NCBI GenBank assembly: GCA_964035545.1
Contig: OZ037772.1
Coordinates: forward strand, 8,735,150-8,799,149
DNA length: 64,000 bases
Reading direction: 5' to 3'
From: Bugula neritina
Taxonomy: Eukaryota > Animalia > Bryozoa
Below are positions 11,686 through 29,275 of this stretch, piece after piece; position 1 is the first letter of the stretch; every line of letters begins with the position of its first letter. A model generated the notes under the pieces. That model had not been told where the DNA came from. It made no database searches and saw nothing but the letters and a program-made list of their open reading frames with translations. The translations under genes were made by a program, and so were the position numbers.

Positions 11686-13469
11686 AGCCCATGAGTTATA
11701 TATAGCAAGATATAAAGCCTCTATGATTGTGATGGATATATTAATTTTTGACACATTTCTCAGACTTCAAGTCTCTAAATTCTATTTTGTAGAAGACATA
11801 AATATTAAGAGCTCATAAATATTTTGATGGAATAGGTGCATATATTAATCTTCATATAAATGACAGATGATAGTGAACAATTCAATAAATTAAATTTAGT
11901 CATTAATTTGTGAGGTAGATACTGATATTCACATTGTTTCTATCAGCAACTATCAAATATATGTGTTCAATAACGATTAGATGTATATGATATATATTAT
12001 AATTATATATATATATATAATTATATATATAATTATATATATAATTATATATATATATAATTTTATAGATATATATATAATTCAGTTTTAAACTAGGAAT
12101 CATTAAAAACAAAAAATACTTTAAATTTTGAATTTTTCACCTGCAAGCATTTAATGCAAGCTAAGAACTGCCCCTCTTATAACCAAACCTGATTAACGCA
12201 GTTTGATGACATCTGCTTGCAAAAACAGCTGACAGCAATTGTGTCATGATTAGTAACATCACTAATGACCATATAATTTGAACCGCAATCATTTTTAGCT
12301 TACTATGTACCAGAAAAGTGCATCACTGTGGCTATATTAGTCTCATATATATAGTTTTATAAACTAGCTTATGCAAAACAAAATCATCTGTTTATTTGTT
12401 AAATTTCAAAGCTGACTTTTTACAACTGCTTATTGTTGCCGTTTCAAGTTTTTATTTTGTATTCAATCAGAGATCTCTATATTAGTAATCAATTGTAAAA
12501 ACTTCTCATGATGAATAAAGCAGCCCCTGGATTAGTAAATGAGTTATGCAACTACGCTTCAACACATCTTTCATCATCTTGCATAAATTTTGTAGTTAAT
12601 GTGTTTTTGTGTAGCTTCAGAAAAAGGATTATAGATTTAGTAATGTTCTACTAGTTTGTACTGAATGCTGAGGCAATCCTAATCTTTGTTCATCAAATTG
12701 ATAAGTAGCTGCTTAAGGGGATTAAGTTAATCCATCATCTTAAGTGTTTCGTTACTGATTTAAACAGTATACCAGGATATTCAACTCAGTTTAGCTTACA
12801 AGCAGTTATATAGTATAGCTGAGTCACATGTATAGTAGGTTCGTGAAGCAATTTTCTTTTTTATTAGCACATGCCTCATTTCTTAGCATGTCTTTTTTTA
12901 AACAACTTAACAACAGCTGAATAATTGTACTTTTTAATAGCTTTATATTTGTCACTGTGTGTAGCATTATACAGTGTGCATGTTATGTTGGTACTTTGAC
13001 ATAATATGGTTGTATTACTAAATAGGGACTTGCGCTTTGCAAAACTTTATTAGAATGTTTACCATTTGACTTAATACTTTACTCTACTGGTTTATATGAA
13101 ACACCTGCGGCAGTGATCTAAACTGTCCAGTAACTTGGTGCGTGAAGCACTTCTACATTGTATACATATCTACATGTAATGTTCTTTTATATACAAGAAC
13201 ATCACAGGCACAACATTTCCTGTATATGATTATTATTGTTTTTGCATTCATAAGTTTTTATTGCTATATTTGTCTGTTGCCGTACTATTATTAAATCATA
13301 AGTCAAAATGGCTATTCCCTCGATACTATGAAACCTATACTTTGAAAAGTAAACTACATATCTTTTTTTTTTAATTTTATTTGCGTTAACATATTTTGTT
13401 AATTTTCCCACAAGCAAAATATTTTATTTCTAGTTCCAAGACACCGTTGTTTATTGAGATTTAAGAACA

Positions 13470-18786
<5,317 letters not shown>

Positions 18787-18935
18787 ATGTATTTTCTATT
18801 TAATATCCAGTAAAGGCATTCTTTCTTGGCCGTTGACCAATTCTGTCCTTTTCTTTCTTATTATTTCATTATATAGTTACATAATATATTATATGTAGAA
18901 TTACTAAAAAGAACGATATTTAAGTTATGTTACTC

Positions 18936-19389
<454 letters not shown>

Positions 19390-19934
19390 CACCTTGATTG
19401 TAACACAGTATCACTATGACAATACTTAAACCATGTTTAATAGATTTACCTTGCATTATATGTTACCAAACGCTATTTCTTATGTTTTTATTTTATTTTT
19501 ATATTTGTTATAAATTATAATATTATTATAAATTATAATAAAATTATCATTCTCGACACGTATTTTATTTTTTTAAATTCACCAAAGCACTCAAAATAAA
19601 ACTGCAGCTTAAAGGTTAAAGTTTAAGGGTCATCAGAGTAGCCTAATCATCTCACCTCCTTCCCACCTATCAATCAACTTTGTCCATCAATATAATAATA
19701 ATATATCATAGTTATAGTTAAATTGATGTGGTTTTTGCACAGATTAGTGACGTCCAATTATACATTTATGCCTTAGTTCTGTCAAAATAAATTGGGTCAT
19801 TCATTAGTGTTAAATTTTTAAGAAAGATAGTTTAAGGTAAATATTGCTGCAAGAGCTAGGCTATTTTATTCCTTTAAACAGACAAATAAACTTTTCAATT
19901 AATTTAGTATTAATTAATTTAATTTAATTAATTT

Positions 19935-20093
<159 letters not shown>

Positions 20094-22163
20094 CAATGGC
20101 ACAACAAATAAATACTGCTGAGTTTTACATAATTCATAAGCTACCTTTTAAACGCTAATAATGGAAACATTTTAGTTATTGCACAAAATATGTTCTCCTA
20201 TAATTGGAATATAGTGGAATGAGAACATAGAATTATACAGTTGTTATTTTTACATAATTATAGACAAGTAATTTTGAAACTAAGAAATTTGTGTTAAAGC
20301 TAAATATACCTGGTATAGCCCTAAGCGTAGCTAGTTAAAGTCCTCTGTTAAAGTGTAATGAAAGAAGCTAAGCTAACAAGTACGAAACAGAGATGGACCA
20401 AGTACTTCACTGCTGAAGATTGTATTTGTTTAGTTGTTGAGAAACAATAAGTATTAGACTAGCTTTGGCAATGGAATTCTGCACATCCTTACTGCAGAAG
20501 TGTTTTTATATTGTCGTATAAGTGCAGCCACTTTGAAATATGCTATAACGTACCACTTAGAGAATTTATGTAAGCAACCCAAGACCAACACAGCTGCTCT
20601 ATATCAGCTAGCTCTCAATTTATGCTTCCTGATCAAAATACATAGATCACACAGAAAAAAACCGTCTTATCCAAAATAGTGGGTTGTGCTTGGCAATAGC
20701 AATACATCAGATAATTTAGGGAATTGGTTAGTTAAAACCAGAATTTGCTTGTTTTTTATATGGAGCATTTATATATATATATTATAGTTTTCTAAGCGAG
20801 CTACCATTACCTTGTTATAAAAAACAGTTTTCATTTTATGCTAGCATCCTAAGGTTGCTTCGTTTCTCCAGCACATAAGCCTTCTGCAAGGCTGATCGGT
20901 TTTTTGATAATTCTTAAATGAATTTGTAAAGTATTTGGAAACATTACACGAGTTGATTAGATGAAAGATTTCAAGCTGCATGGCTTGAGAAGACAGTGGT
21001 TTACAATGCAGTGTGGAAATTTGACTTGGTGAAATACTGCTGGTTTATTCATGCAGTTAATTTGAGAAATATTTCTAGGTGCTGCCTAATTACAATATAC
21101 TAAGTTATTGCTAAACTGTAAATAAATAAAAATAGGCAATTTCATAAGTGTAAACAATAAAAAAACTGGTGTATATTATTGAAAATCTGCTGTATAGCTG
21201 TTTTATTTAAACAAGGAACCAAAGGACGTGTAAAGAAACTATATAGCAGCAATTCCAAAGAATGCTTGATCTAAAAAGATAACATTATAACATTTTTTTT
21301 CAGTTTATTAAAAAACTTTGATTTTAAAGCTGATGTCCCTGGTGAGAAACCCTGATGCTAACGGCTGATAACTATGATTTTTAAGGTATGTAACTCAATT
21401 CAGCCTTAAATTAAGATAATTTCATTATCAATTTAAAAATCTTTTTGCTGAAGCTTTTAGTTTCTTTGCTAATTAATGTTTGTATAGCCATTACATAAGT
21501 AGTTCCAATATATTTATATTATATAAATAAACACTCATGCATGGTTATCTTCTCTTTTAATATAAAGATATTTGCTGGCACTTTTAAAATCATTATAGGT
21601 TCAAATATTATCTTTTCTTACTAAAGCAAAGTTAGATGCTTACAAATTTTTTTTATTAATTACAGTATGTTCATTGATCATGTAGTATCATGATATGTTG
21701 TACTTGTATACATTGTATATCGAAGGCAACACTGCATGGTAACGTGGTAGCCACAATTTGGCACAAACTGTTGCATGGGGAAAAGTAAATGTCATTATAC
21801 ACAAAATAAAGTAACAAATACACACTACTCCAAATTCTATATACAGCTGCTTGAATTGGCTTTTTTTCAATTTTCCAACAGGTTATATTACCTTATATGT
21901 AAAGTGCAGACTTGCATGTTGTCTATTAAAAGATATATCAATGTAGACTAAATTAATACCTGCTGAATGATTAACCCCAGTTAAGAGGTCAGGCGTGTGG
22001 GATGGGGGTTATAGCTGCACTGCTTTCATTACACAGTCATTTGAATGGAATGCATTGGAAGTGAAAACAGTTTGATTTAGTTATAGTCACACCCTGTCTT
22101 ACAGACAAGTTCATACTTTCCAAATCTCCAGTTTGAAGGAAAGTTTTACTACACTCCTGAGAC

Positions 22164-24006
22164 ATGCAGACATTGCAAGTGCTGTCTGTTTTCCTTTCGA
22201 TGCTAGTAACTGCTGCCTACTATCCACCAATCAGGAGAGAGTATTTCCTTCGTCATCGTTTGAGTTGGTATACAATATCATGTTTTAAACTTTAGTATAA
22301 ACAGCTTCGATAAATGATATGTCACTTAGATTAGAAGTATGACAATATATGTATATTGTGTTATATGTGGATTATGTTTATTATATATAAGATATAGTGT
22401 TATGTGCCATGAATTCTTAAATCATGCTAGTTTAACAATTTATTTGGCAATCTTCTATTTCTACTTTGCATTTTATTATGTATGGTATATGTAATGTATT
22501 TTATGTATAACGTATTATGCATATCATGGGCAGCTCTAAAGTCCTGCATGATTCTATAAATCTTTTAGCAATCAGTTTAAAACTAGTTCAAAGCATAAAA
22601 TGGCTGCCAGTAGTGTCATTATGTGATACCTAATTTATCATGTGCCTTATCCTTAAACAGTTTTGCCTATATTAAGTCATTGGATTACACCTACTTATAT
22701 ATATATCTATAAGCTTGTTGTAGCGATTGATGGACAATGAAATATAATATGATGTAGCATTACACTTGTAGACTTGGAGGGTTAGGAATTAATTCTTTAA
22801 ATAGATATTGTTTAAATAATATTCTAAACTTTTTTTATAACTATAAATGTAAGATCAGCTTCTAAAAAAATATATTAATTTTATTTTAATTATTTGTTGC
22901 CTTTTTTAAATACAAACATGTGTATGTAATACTAGGTTTTAAAAAAAGTGCAGTAATTTTAATAAGCAATTTATACTGAGTCTTTATTACTAAGGCTAGC
23001 TATAACACAGTAAACAAGTGAAATGCAGTGCATACGTCTGACTTTCTTCAACAAAATAACCAGTGAACTTATCTTATATTATTGAAATTCTATGCTGGCA
23101 GAATATCCAAGACCAGAGGCTATTCAGCAGTTTGATGACTCAACTACAGGAAACAGACACGCCCCCGAAGCGCTCAGGGTGCTCAGTGGTAAGAGTTTAT
23201 GTCATGTCTTAGAGAAGCAGTTAGAGTTACCTGCTCATGTATTAGCATTACGAATAGAAGGTGCATATATTAGCCAACAAGCAGCCGGAACTATTCTACA
23301 CTATATAATATAGAGTTTATTATGGTGAGGTTTCAGTTGTTATGTAAAGATAATAGAAATAAGCTATTTGAAAATAATATCTAAATTTAACCAAGTAGAA
23401 AACTAATAAGCTATGAACTGTCAACATAATATTATCGTGTGAAAACTGACTTTGCTTGAGATAGATTTCCTGTATGAATACATTTTAAAGCTTTCACACT
23501 GCGATACTAATTTAGACTTAGATTCATGCATACGAAGCCCTAAGCAATACAGGATAGTTACACTCAAGAGAGCTATGTAGACAACCTCAACCAATAACAT
23601 GCTTATAGTGCAGATGTTTGGGGCAAAATCCGTAACCTTCTTGTGATGTTTGCAAGAAAAAATATTTGTATCAGTGTCACACTCTGAAAATTGTAAATAA
23701 AGCCTGGACTAGGGCCCTAGCATACTAAAACTATTGCCAGAATAGTTTATATATACACCGTCACTCAACTAGAATGGGAAACCTCACATTTGGATCTAAT
23801 GCTATATTTCAGGTGCTCCAGGAAGCTTAGCAGATATGTATCAAAAAGACAAAGAAATAGAGCGATGGTATGTGGCGCCTCCTGCTGGTCTGTGGGCGGA
23901 TCCAGAAGAGTGGGAGGATGGGGAGAGAACTCCAGTTGGTCCACCAGGTAGTGATGCAGCAGCTATGGGAAAAGGTGCAAGATATGGACCCCCAGGCGTT
24001 CTATAG
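22164..24006 (+). CDS. Orphan small secreted protein / possible peptide precursor, 126 aa, 3 coding exons
   Basis: Exons 22164-22263 (A|gttggt), 23102-23188 (G|gtaaga), 23813-24006 (both introns phase 1; 381 nt). Protein MQTLQVLSVFLSMLVTAAYYPPIRREYFLRHRLKYPRPEAIQQFDDSTTGNRHAPEALRVLSGAPGSLADMYQKDKEIERWYVAPPAGLWADPEEWEDGERTPVGPPGSDAAAMGKGARYGPPGVL*. Exons are GC-rich islands; AATAAA at 24386. The first donor is weak. Confidence 0.6.
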
Positions 24007-24651
24007 GGAGGACTACCCAAGAAGTGTGTCGGGGAACAACTAAAGTTACATTCACATTTACTGTGCGTTGAAATAACACAATCTTTAGCCTTGTTTGTTC
24101 CCGAGACAAAAATACCGCATAATAGAGAATCGCTAGAAGCAGCACTGATTTGGGGGTGACTGAGTGCAGAATTTGTATTAACATTGTTGTTCAAACTGAA
24201 ACTATAGAACCAATACACTCAGTGACCACCAAGTTGGTGCTGCTTCTAGTAAATTTCGACATACATATAATAATGTAGTTGTAGACTGCTGGCAACAAAC
24301 TGCGTAGTCTGAGTGTACACAATCAGTAACTTTATCTTTTTTCAATTACCCGTACACCTATTATTTGGAACAATATTTTAAAAACAATAAAAACAAGGAA
24401 TAATTCAACACAAATTTATTGTAAAATGATATATATTTGCTAATCACTTGGCATAAGCGACAACAGAATTATAAAAAATACGAAATCTAAAATATACAAG
24501 ACAAAACATAGCCTAACAGGTCCTGGATAGAGTAAGTTTAGAGTCTACTTTAATTAGAAAGCAAGGTAAGTAAGAGATCCTTGTGCTCAAATGATATCCT
24601 AGTGCAGCCTAAAGCCTAGAGCTCAATGAAGATAATAAAATTGGTAGTCGT

Positions 24652-27600
24652 CTACTCATACTCCGCTATTAGCACCATCATGTATACTCCAACTAGTAGC
24701 GCAATTACTTCTTTTATACTCTGGCCTAATTTAGTGTCTTCTATAAGTTCAGGAATTACCTGGAAAACAAAGCAGGCAACATTTATATTGAGAAGACAAC
24801 TACCAACTAATAAAAGCTGCATTGTAAACTCTTCTCAGATGCTGAAAGAAAATTGCATATTGTCAGTAAAATGATATTTTCTTCTAAAAATTCCATTGAC
24901 TCTCAAGTTGAATTCTAATTAAAACAGTATAATGAGCAAGCTAATGGAGCAAAGTCTAAAAACTGTATTAAGGATCAGGAGAAAACAATTCCTAAAATAT
25001 ACTGGTATACAAAAATTAAACGATTAAAATTAAATTTTTAGTATTTAAACTACTGTGAACAGATACGAGGAGATGGGTAGAGGTAGATGAGTGTTGCAAG
25101 TAGAAAGAATATAATAAAGAATATACAATATTATATACTTAAATACAGAAAGCACAGCAGGATGTACTAAAGTGTAAAGTATACAGTATATACTACACTA
25201 GAGTATACAATATACAAAAGTATATACTACGATATAGTACAGAGTATACAGTATATACCAGAGTATACAGTATATAATATACAATAGTATATACTAGACT
25301 CTGTAGTACATAGTATACAGTATATACTAGAGTACAGAGTATACAACAGCCAGTTTATTTATCCAATATTATGAAGACTCACTGAAACAGTTGCTATGTA
25401 TATGAATCCTCCCGCAGTGAAGGGTAACACCCACAGTGTAGACTCAGTACTCATACCCCCAGCTGTGAGAGAAAGGAGGGTGCCACACATGGCTCCTATA
25501 GCCGTGGTGAACTGAAGCATAATAGCCTGTGAAACAAGAACATTTGGATGTTAGAGTAGTGGAGAACAGGCTAACCTACTCCATACAATATGTTGCAGAA
25601 AATATATTTAACTAAAATTGTGAATTCCTTCATCTAAACAATGAGTACTTTGAGTTCACCTGAATTCATGACTTTAAAAGAAATACACTTAGTATTAATT
25701 ATGTAGGTCACATGCCATGCTTGGACTATCAGTTTCACATCTAATACACCTACTAGTTTTCATACTAGCAACTAACTTGTTGCAAAAACAGAAAAAATAA
25801 TTATAATTTTTAAGATTTGTCACTATAGAATTTTATTGATTTACTTGAAAAATACTCCAGTGGGAAGAAAAGTTTATATACTGCAAAACACTACCAAAGT
25901 CCATATATATATGTATACAGCAGGTTATCTTGCACCCTTGTGGTACTACAAGAACTTTTAGCTTTAAAAATGCAGACTAAATATATATAGCAGCCATTAC
26001 GTTTGGAAAAGAGTGGCAAATAAATCAAACTTTGCCTACAACAACCACCAATCGTGTGCTGCATAACTAAAAGCGTGACCAATCACAAGACAGCTACCTT
26101 TTTCTTGCTGCAGCCACTCTGAACGAGTATAGCAAAGTCGCCAATCTCATGGGGCACCTCGTGTAGCAGTATAGTGACGGTGGTGATGAGACCCACAGAC
26201 TCCCCAGCCAGGAACGAGGCTCCGATAGCGAGTCCATCGGTGAAGTTGTGCGCGAAATCCGCAGCCAGATTGAGGTAGCCGGCAATCTTGAGGGACTCTG
26301 AACAGAGAATTTAAACAACTAGTGAATAACTAAAAAAACTCTCAACAGGTAAAACTATCCAATAGTATAATTGGAATAAATCACTTTAGAGGGAAGACAA
26401 CTTTAAATTATATTTTATATTCATTCTAGCAGTGTAGTGCGTTGAAGTAAATTGAGATCTTTAGCTTTTCGCCTTATTTACACAAAGTAGCAAATGAAAA
26501 AGTGAACAACAATAATAACAAGCAAAGGAAATTAATGATACAAGTTTCAGAGCACACGGAATAACTCCACATGATGCAAAGACCAGGGAGATATCTGAAC
26601 AGTTAGTAAGGTTAATTTGCTACTTTTCACTGTCATGTCTCAGCAGATACGTGTGTAAATATATTCCTCACTTTTCTAAATTCTGCTGAGAAAGCTACTC
26701 ATTGTTTCAATTCAGCAGCTACATGTGTACATAGCGGCGTATTCCTCACTTCTAACTTCAACTGAGAAGACTATGTCATACTAAATACACACCTTTATTG
26801 TCAGCCGGTGCTGCCTTTGCTGCCGGTTTCACTTCTGCTGACTCTTCTTCTTCTGATTCAGACGTTTCCTTCTTTTCCTTCTCCTCACTGGCAGCAGGTT
26901 TAGCAGCAGTGTGTGAGTGACCATGTGAGTGACCGTGTTCACCTAACCCATGAGTCATACAGATGTTAGAGCACTACTGATTACTACTAGCTAGCAACAT
27001 TTGTGTGTGTGAATATAAATATGAGTGTATGAACATCTAGTTTATACTATCCCATAATGCAATGAGCAAGAGAACTTCCTCCTTCCTAAGATATAGGTCA
27101 TGCTTGTGTAAAGTGAGGAGAACACTGATAGTAAGTGCTTCATAGAGAAGATGGCAACAATCATTTGAGAGCTTTTATTGTGGCACCTAAGCAATTATGA
27201 TCGGATGCTCGTCCTAACACCTCCAAAGATCTTACAAGGATTTGAACCAATAAGCAAGCAATTGAGTACCATACTAAGCCAGCAATCCAACCACTAGAGC
27301 ACAGCTGTTCCGCTTTTTGTAGGATAAGAAAATATAAATTAAATTTACTTACACTCATAACAATACTTTCTTTCTACAGCCTATCAGTTTATATCAAGAA
27401 AATAATTGTTTGCCCGTGAATATTCTCCTTAATTTCTTTCATACAAAGACCCAAGGCTATAAGCAGCAGTATTTTACTGCACGGCACTTATTTATAAAAG
27501 GCTATTACAACGAATACTAAACTATACCTTTGACAAGTCGGACAAACTTCTCCACACACAGGAAGGCTATGATCCCGGCCAGTACCCACAATCCAACAGT

Positions 27601-29067
27601 CATGTCGTGACCTCCTGATCCGTGAGAGTGACCGTGACTGCTCTCAGCGTGGGAGTGACCGTGACCACCGGATGATGCATCATGGGAATGTGGTGAGACA
27701 GCATGAGGTATCAAATGGAGAAATGCATCACCTAAATTAAAGATGACAGCTTTGATTCAACCCCAGAAGCAAATTATTTTTACCTTCTACCGGAATGATG
27801 TTATTTAGTTACTTTAGGCATTTTAATTTATGTTTCAAATCCTCAACAAAGATTGTAAAATTAGCAAAAATATTATGCAACTACAAGCAATTAATTTTGA
27901 AAATTATTCATGATTTTAAAACATGCTAACTTCCAATAAAACTAATGCTGAGGAATAAATGAAAATGACTACTTCATTTGCAGTTCAAAATATCTTCAAC
28001 TGATATCATGAATAACAAAGCGTTGGTTTTTTCAAGAAAGTCAATTAGAAAACTACAAAGAGGCCAGTTGACAGATTACCTAGTAGACCTCCAGATGCAA
28101 AAGCCAGAAGAATTTTGAGGAGAGGTCTGTGTCTATCATCATTGGCATTGTCGACAGGGATGAGCAGGAGAATAAAAACCGGAGTGACACTGATTAGAGC
28201 TGTAGCACCAAGAGCTTTGGCCCAAAGCATGGCGTTGAATCCCACATTCTTGGGCTCTAATAGTAATAACACAAAAGAAATGCAAACTTCGAAAATATTA
28301 AAAAATAAGACTTTTATATATATAGAAACTTTAAGTTAACAGCAAATTTATTTCTTAACTTACTCTAATCGTTTATTGTTTAAGTTAAGTGTTAAATTTA
28401 GGTATTATATTTAGATTTACCCTTAGAATTGTAATTGGAATTTGATGTACAAATTCAAAATTCAAATTGATTTCCTATATCATTATTTATAATTTTAATA
28501 TAATTATAAGAAAATAATAATTTTCAAATTATTATTTTGAATATAAAATCCGATTATGGTGCAATTATTACTAAAAATATAATAGTTGTTATAATTGTTA
28601 TTGTCAATTTACTTACAACTAGTACTAATAGTGATAACTAATTTAAGTCATAAAACTTAAACGTAAAACTAAATTTATTTTAATTCTATTAAAAATAAAT
28701 TTGCCATACTCGAACTAGTTCCAGAATTATCATGGCTATGCGTGTGCCCTGATGCAGAATGGGTATGACCATGTGAATGAACTTCATCGTGATGATGATC
28801 ATGATGATCATCATCGGCATTCACATTGCCATGACTATGACCGTGATTGTCCGAATGAGAATGACTGTGAGAATGGCTGGGGTGCTTAACGTCTGGCCCC
28901 CGGGCAGCAGCTTCCTCATTCACTTGTTTTGAGTATTTTAGTGCAGCTGGTTCTGATGGTTCATCATGTGAGTGACCATGGCCGTGTGCTAGACTGAAGA
29001 CACACAAAATGCTTAGTATTAGTACTAGTAACTGTGTGCGGAAACAAAACTTTATGGTGGCAGACAT
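24652..29067 (-). CDS. SLC39A7: Zinc transporter ZIP7 (LIV-1 subfamily; KE4/Catsup ortholog), 446 aa, 7 exons
   Basis: Exons 29067-28710, 28256-28080, 27731-27528, 26942-26793, 26297-26098, 25526-25383, 24759-24652 (1341 nt). Signal peptide, His-rich N-terminus, [82 protein letters not shown]-terminal MMVLIAEYE*. Confidence 0.96.
27180..27311 (-). mobile_element. Old partial tRNA-derived SINE in ZIP7 intron 3
   Basis: gtggcacctaagcaattatgatcggatgctcgtcctaacacc...tttgaacc...ctagagcacagctgttcc aligns to the family head and core. Confidence 0.65.
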
Positions 29068-29275
29068 GTTTGTTTAAGCAGCGAATTGAACGTGGCAAGC
29101 CTCAAAGCAATCTAAAAAACTTTTTTTATAAATTGACAAACAATACATAATTTTACAATATAAAAATAAATTACATTTATAACATTTAAAATCGAACTGC
29201 AAGACAAATTCTTTGCGATGTTAAAGATTATAATGTTAGTTGATGGCGTGGCGCGCATGCGTCAGTGTAAACAAC
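29068..29275. promoter_or_regulatory. Compact bidirectional promoter for SLC39A7/GOLGA2 with an NRF1-like site
   Basis: Only 208 bp between the divergent ATGs. CGCGCATGCGTC at 29252-29263 resembles the NRF1 consensus YGCGCAYGCGCR within otherwise CpG-poor DNA. Confidence 0.7.

Noticed and set aside
22264-23140. Selenocysteine codon formed by a TG|A junction using the gtatac donor
   Set aside because: That frame hits TGA TGA about ten codons later, and I saw no SECIS; the phase-1 donor gives a continuous ORF.
23841-24218. 125-aa minus-strand ORF
   Set aside because: Antisense shadow of the + strand exon 23813-24006, which has proper splice signals.
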